The position numbers and the translations under genes are program-made. From the NCBI RefSeq assembly GCF_006345805.1, contig NC_043002.1, positions 84,010,001 through 84,074,000 on the forward strand: a stretch of 64,000 bases of DNA, given 5' to 3'. The DNA comes from Octopus sinensis (Eukaryota). The notes beneath the pieces were generated by a model. It worked only from the letters and a program-made list of their open reading frames with translations, was not told the DNA's origin and made no database searches. Below, in pieces: positions 1-11,981 of the stretch (its first letter is position 1; each line of letters opens with the position of its first letter).

Positions 1-98
1 ACATTTGGAAAGTATCTTTTAGCATAGACTCAGATTAACCAATTACTTGTGAGTGGGATCAGAGAGAAAGAAACTTTATGGAAGATTGTCATCTATAT

Positions 99-311
99 CG
101 TGGCCGTTGCCAACCTCGCCTGGCCCCCGTGCCGGTGGCACGTAAAAAGCACCCACTACACTCACGGAATGGTTGGCGTTAGGAAGGGCATCCAGCCGTA
201 GAAACATTGCCAGATCAGACTGGGCCTGGTGCAGCCTTCTGGCTTCCCAGACCCCAGTTGAACCGTCCAACCCATGCTAGCATGGAAAGCGGACGTTAAA
301 TGATGATGATG
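99..311 (+). mobile_element. RTE-LINE 3' UTR fragment with (GAT)n tail
   Basis: Same sequence as the 3' end of the LINE at 45337-47150. Confidence 0.8.
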
Positions 312-569
312 ATATGTATAAGTGTATGTGCATGTGTCAGGGTATCTATCACAGATGTATACTTACGAAGGATATAAACGACAGCAAGAAAATTGATGCT
401 TTACAGACATAGACCCTTGAGATATGTATTCTGCATTGAGTTACAGATACTCCCATGTCTCTTTCACCATCAGAAACATAGTGGACCAGTGACTGGCCCC
501 TCGGCTACCTGCAATCAATAGCATTGCTGCTGTTCACTAATTGCAATATAAAATAGATAAGTACAAGCT

Positions 570-775
570 GGCAGAATCATTAGCATAATGGACAAAATGC
601 TTAGTGGCATTTCATCCACCTTTACATTCTGAATTCAAATTCCATTGAGGTCAACTATGCCTTTCATCCTTTCAGGGTCAATAAAGTAAGTACCAGTCGA
701 GCACTGGGGTCAATGTAATCGACTTATGCCCTGCCCAAAATTGCTGGCCTTGTGCCAAAATTTGAAACCAATAAA
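570..775 (+). mobile_element. Nin-domain SINE (OK-like)
   Basis: Contains the gtcaactatgcctttcatcctttcagggtcaataaagtaagtaccag core; many copies in the window. Confidence 0.75.
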
Positions 776-934
776 TGGAAAACTGTTAAATAAGACAATA
801 TGCTCTCAATCTCCAGTTGAAACCATTTCAATTCCCTTATACCATAATATCTTGAATATCACATTCTTCTATTTTCTTCTCCTAGAACACATAGTATTTA
901 TATCTACTTAGAAAAGAAACCAGAATTTAGCTCT

Positions 935-1325
935 CTTATTTCTTTACTGCCCGCAAGGGGCTACACACAGAGGGGACAAACAAGGACAGACAAACAGATT
1001 AAGTCGATTATATTGACCCCAGTGTGTAACTGGTACTTATTTAATTGACCCCGAAAGGATGAAAGGCAAAGTCGCGGCAGACAAAATACCTATTTCTTTA
1101 CTATCCACAAGGGGCTACACACAGAGGGGACAAACAAGGACAGACAAACGGATTAAGTCGATTATATCGACTCCAGTGTGTAACTGGTACTTATTTATCG
1201 ACCCCGAAAGGATGAAAGGCAAAGTCGACCTCGGCAGAATTTGAACTCAGAACTCAGAACTCAGACGAAATATCGTTAAGCAATTTGCCTGGCGTGCTAA
1301 CATCTCTGCCAGCTCGCCGCCTTAG
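935..1325 (-). mobile_element. Nin-domain SINE, dimeric form
   Basis: Full unit at 1086-1325 plus a partial second unit at 935-1085. Confidence 0.8.
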
Positions 1326-1600
1326 CTCTCTTTTCTGTAAAAATGCTGTTTTTTTTTTAAGAGGCGCATTGTGATTTAATACTTTGGTATTCATATTACT
1401 TTGCCAAATGTAATGCTTATTTATTCACATTGTTTTGAATTATTTATGCATTATATCTTGTAGCGTTGAGACTTTGATGACATGGTTGTTTATCATTAGA
1501 ATGACACTGTAGTGTAGATGTGGGAGGTCAGATTTGGCTAGGTTGAATACAAAACACGTACAATATTTGGGCCAGATATGGATGGTTTAAATGCCAAAGG

Positions 1601-1939
1601 CTCAGTGGTTAGAGCGTCGAGCTTATGATCGTGAGGTTGTGAGTTCGAATTCTGGACCGGGCTGCGTGTTGTGTTCTTGAGCAAGACACTTTATTTCACG
1701 TTGCTCCTGTTCACTCAGCTGTAGAAATGAGCTGCGACGTCCCTGGTGCCAAACTGTATCGGCCTTTGCCTTTCCCTTGGATAACACTGGTGGCGAGGAG
1801 AGGGGAGGCCGGTATGCATGGGCGACTGCTGGTCCTCCATAAACCACCTTGCCCAGAATTGTGACTAGGAGGGTAACTTTCTAGGTGCAATCCCATGGTC
1901 AGTGCCGTGACCAAAGGGGATCCCCCGACCTGATCCCCG
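1601..1939 (+). mobile_element. tRNA-derived SINE inserted in a TTAA-type MITE (~1375-1956)
   Basis: A/B-box head (ggctcagtggttagagcg...gagttcgaatt). 12-bp TSD aaatgccaaagg at 1589-1600 and 1940-1951. Confidence 0.85.
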
Positions 1940-3769
1940 AAATGCCAAAGGGTTAAATACAAAGACTGCCAGTGATGGAATAAGGAAACTTCTAATGGTC
2001 TACAGCTAAGTAGATAAGAAACATTCTATAATGTGTACAGTTTATCATCATCATCATCATTTTAATACCCATTTTCCCATGCTTGCATGACTCGGACATT
2101 GGTATTATGCAGACTTTCTACAGCCAGATAAACCTTCATGTCAACAATCCTTACCTGTTTCGAGGCAAAGTAATAATTATTTCCCCGTAGCCAGACATGT
2201 TTTGACAGAATATTGAAATGGACGACACTGCTTGTATGACAGTGACACTCATTTACAATAACCATGTGATATCAAGACAAGGAGACACAAACATTCACAC
2301 ACACACACACACACATGGGCTTCTTTCAGTTTCCATTAACCAAATTCACTCACAAAGCTTTTGTCGGTCATGCAGAACTAAACTCAAAACCATGTAGTTG
2401 GGAACCATATAGCCATGCCTGCTTTTTCTGTTTCAATCATGTATCAACAAGCAAAACTATACCATAGGTAACAATTTTAACCTTTTTATTACCATATTGG
2501 CCACATGGTTTTGGGTTCAGTTCAGCTGTGTGGTACCTTGGGCAAGTGTCTGCTATAACCTCTAGCCAACCAAAGCCTTGTGATTGAATTTGGTAGGCAG
2601 AACCCTCATCTGTTTTCAAGTGAGGTAATATTTCCCCTATGACAAGACATGTTTTTAAAGAATAGTGGAAACAAAGAAGATTGCTTGCATTATGGTGAGA
2701 CCTGTTTTACAACTATCATGTGCTGTCGAGGCAATAACATAGTAACCCACAAACACACACACACACACGTCAGGCCTCTTTCAGTTTACATAACCAAATC
2801 CACTTATAAGACTTTGATCAACCCAGTGCTATAGTAGAAGCAATTTGCTCATGGTGGCAAGCAGTGGGACTGAACCCAGAAGCATGTGGTTGAAAAGTGA
2901 ACTTCTTACCACACAGCCACAACTGCACCTATAAGTTATCCTTCAAAATATCCCAAACGTGTTGACTAGAAGGTGAAAATCAAGCTTAAGGTAAAATAAT
3001 AATATTGAACCTTTGTATTCTAATTCCCACCAGCCCCAGCCTCAACTGTGCCAGTCGAGCTATCTTCATTGGCCCTTCAATTATGCAATTGAACGCCTAA
3101 ATAAAATTATAATTCTTAAAATAACTAGGTTTTTAATTTACAGTCATTTTTTTTTATTTAAGTTACTTGGTGATCCTGCCAGTGTTGATGCCCTGTAAAA
3201 TGCATCCCTTCCACACTGTATAGTGGTCAGCATTTGGAAAGGCATTCAGCTGTGAAAACCTTGCCAAAACTGACCTCGCCTGTGCTTTATCATCATCATC
3301 ATCATCATCGTTTAACGTCCTTTATATTTCTTTATTGCCCACAAGGGGACAAACAAGGACAGGCAAAGGGATTAAGTGCGTAACTGGTACTTAATTTATT
3401 GACCCCAAAAGGATGAAAGGCAAAGTTGGCCTCAGTGGAATTTGAACCCAGAATATAACGGCAGACAAAATACCGCTAAGCATTTCACCTGGCATGCTAA
3501 TGTTTCTGTCAGCTCGCCTCGCCTGTGCTTCTGCCATGTAAAAAGTACTCAATCCACTCTGCTGGGTGATTGGTGTTAGAAAGGGCAGGCAGCCGTAAAA
3601 ACCTTGCCAAAAGAGACACAGCAGTTTGGTGCAGGTTCCTGTCAAACCTTCCAACCTATGCCAGCATGGAAGGTGGGCATTAAACATGATGATGAAGGTT
3701 CATTTACAATATGTCCTTACTAACAACATATCGTAAGCTTATTTGATCAGAGCCAATCTAGGGCTGCTG

Positions 3770-4140
3770 TTGCTGTTGAGCGAACAGTCTTTGTCCCAGA
3801 GCTCGCAAGATGGGAGAAGTCCGAAACATGGTCCTTTGCTAGTCATAAGACACGCAGAAGAGAAAGCAGGTCAACCCCCGACATCGAGAGCATCGACGGA
3901 TGGGTGAATGTGCATCCAGGCTCAGCGGTTGCGTAGGAAGTCGGGGACAAGAAACAGGAAGAGTGAGAGAAAATTGGAACGAAAGAGTACAACAAGAGTC
4001 GCCACCCACCCTGCCAAAGCCTCATGGAGCTTTAGGTATTTTCGCTCAATAAACACACACAACACCTGGTCTAGGAATCGAAACCGCGATTCTCCGACTG
4101 CGAGTCCGCTGCCCTAACCACTGGGCCATTGCGCCTCCAC
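3770..4140 (-). mobile_element. tRNA-derived SINE
   Basis: Minus-strand head ggcgcaatggcccagtggttagggcagcggactcgc...gtttcgattcc and a (CAA/CAG)n tail. Confidence 0.75.
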
Positions 4141-4240
4141 TTCCTACTGCTGCCACTGCTGCAGTTACTGTAGCTGCGGCATTTGATGACTAACATTTGA
4201 TGACTGAGTGATTAACGGTAAAAAGAGTATTCAGCTTTAA

Positions 4241-4664
4241 CCCTCTGGCATTCAGAGTACTTTTATCAAATATAATACTTATTGATTTACATTGTATCCA
4301 GTTACTCATGCATTCTTTCATAGCTTCAAGATTTCAACAGTGTAATTGTGTATTTCTAGAATGACATTGTCGGGTAGGTGTGAGAGATCAGATCAGGTGG
4401 AATATTTAGGTTGGATATGACCGGTTTAACCCTTTTGTTACCAACCCAGCCAAAACCAGCTCTGGCTCTGTGGTAAAATGTCTTGTTTTTATAATTTTTG
4501 AATTAAAATATTCCACCAAGCTTTAGTCACAATTTACATTCCTAAAACTAGCTTAATGATAACTAGGTTATTTTACTATACTCTTTGTTATATCTAAAAT
4601 AATTGAAAGAAACACAGAGCATCTCAAAATAAATACAGTAGCGAAAGGGTTAGGTGCTAAAAGG
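4241..4664. mobile_element. TTAA-flanked MITE with a second TTAA MITE (4430-4649) nested in it (piggyBac/Kolobok-type)
   Basis: Outer TTAA|CCCTCTGGCATT...GCTAAAAGG|TTAA; inner TTAA|CCCTTTTGTTAC...GTAGCGAAAGGG|TTAG. Confidence 0.7.
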
Positions 4665-4677
4665 TTAAAACAACTAA

Positions 4678-6303
4678 TCTCTTATTATAAAAGGCAGATT
4701 TTATCTGCCTCCCTTTGTCAGTTATAGAAATCTACAATATAGGATTTCTTCAATTACAATTTACCTAGCATTTTTAAGAGTAGAATGCATCGGGTCGTGC
4801 CAGGTCCACTTTTTAAAATTTCAACCCCAATTAAGCAAAATTTAGAGAAAACTCACATTGTGGTGTATGAGTCAAATGCTTCTCTTAGTGTGGGATACAG
4901 CACACGCAAACGCACACACACAGTGTGCAACGAATAAAGCGAAAGTAATTCACTTTCTGTAGTGAGTGACTCTTTCACTCTGCCTCCCACTTCCTCTTTA
5001 CACACATAGACACGCAAATATAAATAAAATGTAAGCTAACATGCGTGTGTGTGTGCGTGTGTGTGAGGGTGCGTGTGTGTGTGTGTGTGCGTGTGCGTGA
5101 GTGTGTGACAGGAAAGTTTTTTACGACGAATATAAGACCTATATCCAAGTAGCAGAAAGATCGCCCAAAAGTGTATATAGATATTTAAATGTATTTATAT
5201 ATTCATCTATACACAGATGTATGTATAATGTGTGTGTATATATTTCTATAGACGTAACCATTCACTCCATACAAAGTTTTTTAGGATGAAAATAAGATCT
5301 AAAGTTATCTCTAAGAAACAGAAAGATCGCCCAAAAGTGTATATAGATATTTAAATGTATTTATATATTCATCTATACACACATGTATGTATAATGTGCG
5401 TGTATATATTTCCATAGAGGTAACCATTCAATCCATACAAAGTTTTTAGGACGAAAATATTTATATATAAAAGAAAGGTTGTGTGTCTGTCTACTCCGAT
5501 TTAGATTCCTAACTACTCCCACATTTTGCGATGCAGTTTAACCAAAACCGGGTATCTTATAGTCGTCATTCATATCGAGCCCTTCTGGGTATTAGCGCGC
5601 GTCTACGATGAGTCTATGATTTTACAAATAATTTACCATCATTTTTTTCCATTTTAATGCATATTTTTTTAATAAAGGGAAGTAACTCTCAAACTTCACA
5701 CCAATATGCGTGCTCATATGCGACGTAATATCACATCAGCAGCATTTCCTCACACCCTCCTTGCACTTGGCGAAGCCAAAATACCAGGGGATGAAAATGG
5801 TAATATTGCCATCGATTCCATTTGTACCATTGTTAAGACGCCTTCTGATCTCAGAGATGCAGTGTTCCCAGATCTACAAGCTAATTATCAGAATATGGAT
5901 TGGATTGGCAAAAAGGCTATACTGGCCCTGAGGAATAAAACTGTTCACCATATTAATGATGAAATGCTAAAACTCATTCCTGGGGAAGTCTATGTATATC
6001 AGTCTATCGATACAACTCCTGACCCAGAGGACGTCATCAACTATCCAATAGAGGTACTCAATTCCTTTGAGCACCCCGGACTACCACCACACTTTCTCAA
6101 ACTTAAAGTTGGTGCCCCTATAATGCTCATCAGAAATTTGGTTCCCCCAAAACAATGCAACGGCACACGCTTGATCGTTAAGTCCTTATCTCCCACCGTA
6201 AACTTATATCAATATTTGCCTGAATAATCATCATAATTCAGTGCAATCATTAACAGTACTTTCAAGCAATTCAGCCCCGAGCAACGCCGGGCAATTCTGC
6301 TAG
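4678..6303 (+). mobile_element. Non-autonomous composite Helitron
   Basis: A|TCTCTTATTATAAAA 5' end; CCCGAGCAACGCCGGG hairpin then CTAG|T 3' end; carries a helicase fragment. Confidence 0.85.
5706..6227 (+). pseudogene. Helitron RepHel PIF1-helicase C-terminal fragment
   Basis: AIL..RN.TV..IN...IPGE...YQSID...P.E.LNS....GLPPH.LKLKVGAPIMLIRNL...CNGTRL motif; truncated at both ends. Confidence 0.9.
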
Positions 6304-6426
6304 TGCTTCTATAAAAACTGTACTATCTATAATCAACAGAAATTATAACAAAGCAATGAAAGTGAAATTTTAAAAATGAACTTTTGTTTTCATGCAATGG
6401 TAATAAATAAATACCAAAATACTGAC

Positions 6427-7512
6427 CAGAATATTCGGTTGCGTGTATCACATCGTTAGGGTTGTTGACACTGTCAGTTAATAGGGAGAACTTTTCTTCA
6501 TCAAGACAATGCTTCACATCTTCAATTTTAATATCCGTAACAGGCACATTATTAGCAGATTCTATATTTTCCAAATCCAATTTAATTATATCACTGTTAT
6601 TACTATTATTATTATTGTTATTGTTGTTATTGTTATTATTATTATTATTATTATTACTAATATTATTAACCTGGTTAGAATTTGAAAAGTTACCTCTTTT
6701 AGCAGGTACTGACAAAAGAGGTAAATGTTTATCTTTATTGCTTTGAAAGTTATGTGAAGTGTTATCCTGAACCGTAGCGGAAGAATTGCTGTTCCAGTTG
6801 TCAGTGGAATAGTCTTCATCAATGACAACATCCATTAATAATTCCATTTGTGATTCATCCCTCGTGAGACAAGTATTGGTGTTAGCTTGGTTTTCATGTC
6901 GACCATCAACGTTCGGTGAAGATATATTTATGATACCTCGCCCGCCAGCTTCACTGCCAACACATCCTTGTAATAGTGTTTTTTGATGATGATGATGATG
7001 ATGATGATCACTCGCTGAAAAATTATTTTCATTATTGTTTGTTTGGGATTGATTTGATGTGATGTTACGTGAATGTACCAAACCAATTTTCTGATTGTTG
7101 TTAACTAGTTTAGGTTGACTTTCATGATCTAAATACTGAGATGGCTTTGATACATTTCTAGAATAATTATAGCTGCTAGGAGGACTAGCAGGACTTTCCA
7201 GATCAATAATTTGAGAATTTCGGGTAAAAATATGATTGGTTTGTTGGTTGGGTAACTGAACATGCGTTACTTCTGAATCTAATTCACAGTTTGTGTTACA
7301 TGTTCGAGAAAATCCACTTTGTGAAGAAACGGTAGTTGGAGGACTGTCACTGTCTAAAGTGATGACAGAACTCGGAGGAGAAATCATTGATGGAGCAGTT
7401 CTTAAATGTGTTTTTGCTGTATTTATATCCGATTGCTTAGATGTTGAAGCATTTCTGCAAGGGTGTTTCTTTAGTTCAGCAGGAAAAAGCTTGTTTAACC
7501 GGTCCTCATAAT
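6427..7512 (-). CDS. Uncharacterised protein, large low-complexity exon (poly-His, poly-Asn, SIM-like motifs)
   Basis: Lies within the 439-aa ORF. Acceptor gtctttatag| at 7512 (phase 1) and donor G|GTCAGT at 6427 (phase 1); 1086 nt. Joins the 11843 exon as ...YMILD-YEDRLNKLFPAELKKHP... Confidence 0.8.
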
Positions 7513-7699
7513 CTATAAAGACAAATTTATATAAAATACAGTAACACAAATATAATAAGGTCTCAAGAAGTGAGATTTTCAGAGAAAATTGATTACATAA
7601 AAAAAATACTAATTCTCTGTATTTTAAACCTTTTGTTACCATATTTCTGTTGAAATATATTGGTTCAATTAATTTTGTAAAGATTCTTTTTCCTTTTTT

Positions 7700-8100
7700 T
7701 TTTATTTTACTTGTCAGTCATCTGACTGTGGCCATGCTGGAGCACTGCCGTGACGGGTTTTAGTTGAACAAATCGTCCCAAGGACTTATTTTCTAAGCCT
7801 TGTACTTATTCTTTCAGTCTCTTTTGCTGAACCACTAAGTTAAGGGGACATAAACACATCAGCACCAGTTGTCAAGCTGTGATGAGGGGACAAACACAGA
7901 CACAAAGACATACACACACACGTGTGTGTATATATATATATATATACACACACACATATATGATGGGCGTCTTTCAGTTTCTTTCTACCAAATCCACTCA
8001 CAAGGCTATGGCTGGCCCAAAGCTATAGCGCTACACAGTGGGACTGAACCCAGAATCGTGCGGATGGGAAGCAGGCTTCTTACCACACAGACACGCATGT
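7700..8100 (-). mobile_element. tRNA-derived SINE (OR-like family with a central GT/TA microsatellite)
   Basis: Family consensus; further copies near 12990-13390, 16665-16900, 19305-19650, 20905-21205, 23160-23400, 54465-54880, 61310-61520 and 62970-63130. Confidence 0.8.
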
Positions 8101-9142
8101 ACCTCTATGAAAAATTTATTAAGATAAGTGCTTCAATAATAAGATGGTGTTAAGCGTTTGAGCTGGCAGAATCATTAGCACACCAGCCACACATGACCTT
8201 TATAACAGTGCAGATGATCAGTGGGCGGAAAAGAAAAATAAGGGATTTTAAATGGGTTATTTCCCCTTGGCTATTAAAGAAAAGTAAAGGCTATATCTTG
8301 AGAAAACATTCCTACATGTAAAAACCATGTAAACTGTATGAATACAGTGCCGACTGCAATGTTATCGATAGATAAATGGCGATTTCTGTCTGCTTGTGTG
8401 GTTGGTTGTTACATAGAGTACATCGTTGCAAAATATTAACACATCTATCAATATAAATTAAGAAGTTGTTCCTAGATATAAACAGGGTGTGACCTTTGTG
8501 ATGACAGTGCATTTGTCTAAAAGCAGAACAGTTCTTCATGCAGTGCTTGTCAATTGGCTGAAGTGACACGAAAGGCATCATCATTCATAGTATATCTGTG
8601 AATTAAGTTCTTGTAAGAAAGTCCACGTAATGTAGAATGCTTGTTTAATAAATCAAGAATTATTCTATATATTTTTTCATTTATTATATATAGGAAAATG
8701 AAGGGGTTACTTCCCTTGGCTAGGAAAATGAATGGGTTATTTCCCCTGGTTGTTAAAGGGAAAATATATTGGTTATATATGTGGATCCCTTCTAGGAGCC
8801 CCAACTATCCAATTATAGACTTTTATTAAACTTCAATGAGTCTAGTAACAAACTGGATGCTACTTTAGCATGTTTGCAAAGTTTCATGAAAATTTGTTAA
8901 AGGGCATAAATGGCAACTTGACACAAACAGACAACTTGCTTTGTTCTCATCTTTAATTCTCTCAAGAAAATTTTTTTAGGGCACCACCTATTGGGAAGCA
9001 CTCAGTCTTATTGTTAAAGGTGCAAAACTGAATATTACCAGTTAGTCAATAACTGATGAAGAATTACGGACCTCCTGTTTGTCTCCCGTTTATTTTTACA
9101 TTCAGTATATGTTATGTCGTTTGTTTATTTACCATATATATA

Positions 9143-10967
9143 CTAGCTGGTGTACCCAGAAATTCCAGGGGGTAAAGATGTTCTGTTGAAATACCTTATT
9201 ATTCTGATATAAGAAAGCAATTTCGTTTTAACAGCCACAAAAGTACAAAAACTATCAGCTGGAGGAGGGAGAATTTGTTGGAGGTTGGCGAGAGAGGTTT
9301 TTGGAGGTTTGCAAGAAAGTACTCTGACTCATCGTGGCATTTTAAAGGTGAACTTTATGAAAGCTGATTTATTAACGGTAATATATAAATGTAGTATATA
9401 CGTATGTAAATATATGAATGAAGTGTTTAATGTCTAAGAATAAAATGAAGAAAGTGCAATAATAATGTTCACACTCACTGATGGTCAGTCTCAGTAACTG
9501 CCTTTAGTTTACAGAGTTTTTATAACTATTTATAACTATCAAAAAGCAGCCAGAAGGATAACAGAACAAATGATTTCATTGGAGGTCTGTTATCTCCATT
9601 CCAGCCCCTGGTGGCCTAGAAGAGGTTAGAAGGGTCAAGTAGCAAAGACATTATTCTACTTAGCGAATGCATCTGGGAAATGTATAACTGCTGTCATTCA
9701 CAGAAAAACTATTGTTTTATCATAAGAAAAGCACTGTTGAAGTGTTTAGTGAAATTTGGCAATTGAGGATTGAATCCATGCTATGCCTGCATGAAACCAC
9801 TACATAAAAATGTAGAATTATTGGAGTAATGGCCATGAAAAAAAATATGTATGTATAGAAATGTATTAATGAAGTCTTTAAGGTTTAAGATTCAAATCAA
9901 TGAAGTACAATAGTAATGTTTAGCAGTTCAAAACTGAGTAGTGAAATGCAGAATTAGGTCGGCTGAACGTGAGAATCAAATATTGGTTGCTTCACTAAAA
10001 ACTGCAGATGGTATGGGTTATTTCCCTTGGGTTGTTTAAATAAAATGTTAGTAATATGTAGTAGATAGAAGGATCCATTGGAGGGGGCCCTATTATCGAT
10101 TTTTTTCAACAATCTAAGTATGTCACAAGGTTTCCAGACATGAGTTCTACTCACATGTCAAATAAAATATAAAAGTGATATTGTCTGCAAAAATTAGAAA
10201 TTGGACACACAAAAAATCAATATTCAAAGTAATTGAACATAAACAATGAAACCTGTAAAATATTTCTAAATTCAATGGCTCAGTTAGTTTCATGAAATTG
10301 TTGTATGAACTGTAAATAAGCAATAAATATTATGATTTGTAAAATAAGTATAGGTGATACAGGGTGTCCCAACTGAATGTGGTGTAGAAGTTTGGTTTCA
10401 TTTTTAAAAAATTTTAAGCCTTCAAAGTATGAGTTCCTTGTATTGGGACACACTTATTACATACATTCTGGAATCAAAAATTTATGTACTATCATCGAAA
10501 AATTTTAACTGGAAAAATGCAGAATTATTGGAATTATGGGCATTGAAAGTGTACATGCATCAAGAAAATGCAATAATACGGTTTAGCAGTTGAAAACTCT
10601 GAGTAGTGAAATGCAGAATTAGGTCCGCTGATCGTGAGAATGAAATATTGATTGCTTCGCTAAAAACTAACAACTGTAAGTGCAAGTGCTATGGGCTATT
10701 TCCCTTGAGTGTTTAAAAAATATTATGTAGGTACTATGGGTTATTTCCCTTAGGTGTTTAAAAACAATTAATTATATGAGGTAGATATAAAGATCCCTCC
10801 CAGGGGCCGTATTATTGATTTTTTTTCAACAATCTAAGTATGTCACAGAGTTTCCAGACATGAGTTCTACTCATGTGTCAAGTTTCATCAAAATCGATAA
10901 AACGATGTAGGAGGAGTTAACTAACAACGCCACAAACAAACACACACCGGTTTTCCACATATGTAGT

Positions 10968-10970
<3 letters not shown>
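9143..10970 (-). mobile_element. Non-autonomous Helitron, family 2, with internal tandem duplication
   Basis: Minus strand A|TCTACTACATATG ... CAGCTAG|T. Homologous to 15476-16259; segments ~9800-10170 and ~10500-10880 are duplicated. Confidence 0.75.
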
Positions 10971-11016
<46 letters not shown>

Positions 11017-11038
11017 GATATATACATATATATATATA
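10969..11038. repeat. (TA)n microsatellite
   Basis: Direct inspection. Confidence 0.95.
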
Positions 11039-11204
11039 GCTGCTGCTAACTACCTAGAACCCATAAGAGTGAAAAAGAGAGACAGTGACAGGCAGAAAAA
11101 AGGAAAGTGTCCCTTGCATTTGAAAACTATGGAAATATACTTTTTTTTTCAAAAAACATTTCATTTAATTTTTCCATTATTTGTTTTTCAGTCACAATGA
11201 CTAA

Positions 11205-11670
11205 AACCGATTCTAAAATGTTCTTCTGGAAGACCCTACGTCTTGCAACAGGCTCTGCACCATGCCACACAAGCAGGAGAACTCAGTTATGGCTTTCAGA
11301 CAATTTCTGCGACCACATCATCACCCCTCACATCTGGACACATAACTCCCCAGACTGCAAACCTCTTGTGTGGGGCACAGTTGAGTGAGAGACCAACAAA
11401 ACTCCTTGTAATGCCAAAGATGAACTGAAGGAGAGGATTATGGCAGCATTCACCAACTTAAACAAGGAGACAGTCCAGAAGAGTTGCAGGACATTCCGAA
11501 ATCATCTGGAAGCTGTGGCTGAAGCCAATAGTGATTTTTTTAAATAAATTTACTCCTTAGTATTTCAAGATATTTTTATGTAATTTTGGTAAATATATCT
11601 GTTAAAATGAGATGCAAGTGTTATTTTCATTTCTGCATAATTTAGACAACAGTTTATTCACTGTACCCTG
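11205..11670 (+). mobile_element. Degenerate Tc1/mariner transposase 3' fragment with right TIR
   Basis: W.(H)NSPDC.PL..VWG.VE motif followed by a broken C-terminus; ends ccctg|TA. Confidence 0.75.
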
Positions 11671-11842
11671 TATATAAAATAAAGGAACCTGTAATGAACA
11701 TTTACATCACAGCTCTGTTTTTTACCAATCTTTCCCCACCACCCTGTAAATTCAACATGAAGACAAGACACCCTCAAAACATAGTCTCTTATTAAAAGAT
11801 TAATTAAATAAATATGAATCTGGCAATAAAATCCTTACTCAC

Positions 11843-11981
11843 CCAAAATCATGTAGCCATGGACTTTATATTCAGCAACTTTCAAATCTAACCACATTAC
11901 AAACTGTGATAATGTCCATGGTTGCACCTTCTGGACCATAACAGCAAAGTCTTCTTTCACAGTATGCAGATCTAGCGTCAT
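11843..11981 (-). CDS. Uncharacterised protein, start-codon exon (exon spans 12017-11843)
   Basis: Acceptor tttttttgcag| at 12017 and donor G|GTGAGT at 11843. In-frame upstream TAG, then agaATG: MTLDLHTVKEDFAVMVQKVQPWTLSQFVMWLDLKVAEYKVHGYMIL, phase 1. The track ORF 11872..12090 is a different frame. Confidence 0.75.

Noticed and set aside
367-508. Possible downstream exon of the SIM-rich gene (ttgcag| ... |gtaagt, minus strand)
   Set aside because: In the required phase 1 it stops after ~22 codons, and the open frame needs a different acceptor and phase; no recognisable homology.
1601-1680. tRNA-like sequences (also near 4070-4140, 18050-18120 and in OR-like SINE heads)
   Set aside because: They are SINE heads that run into SINE bodies; no complete cloverleaf.
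3030-3096. Possible terminal exon (ttttatttag|, minus strand)
   Set aside because: Phase 1 gives GVQLHN then TGA. The protein-like continuation (RANEDSSTGTVEAGAGGN) would need readthrough, for which I see no support.
6462-6831. Poly-Leu and poly-Ile ORFs
   Set aside because: Antisense and off-frame shadows of the poly-Asn microsatellite.
8312-8829. ORFs between the two exons of the SIM-rich gene
   Set aside because: The candidate acceptor is phase-incompatible, stops are frequent, and the region shares motifs with the neighbouring Helitron-like repeats.
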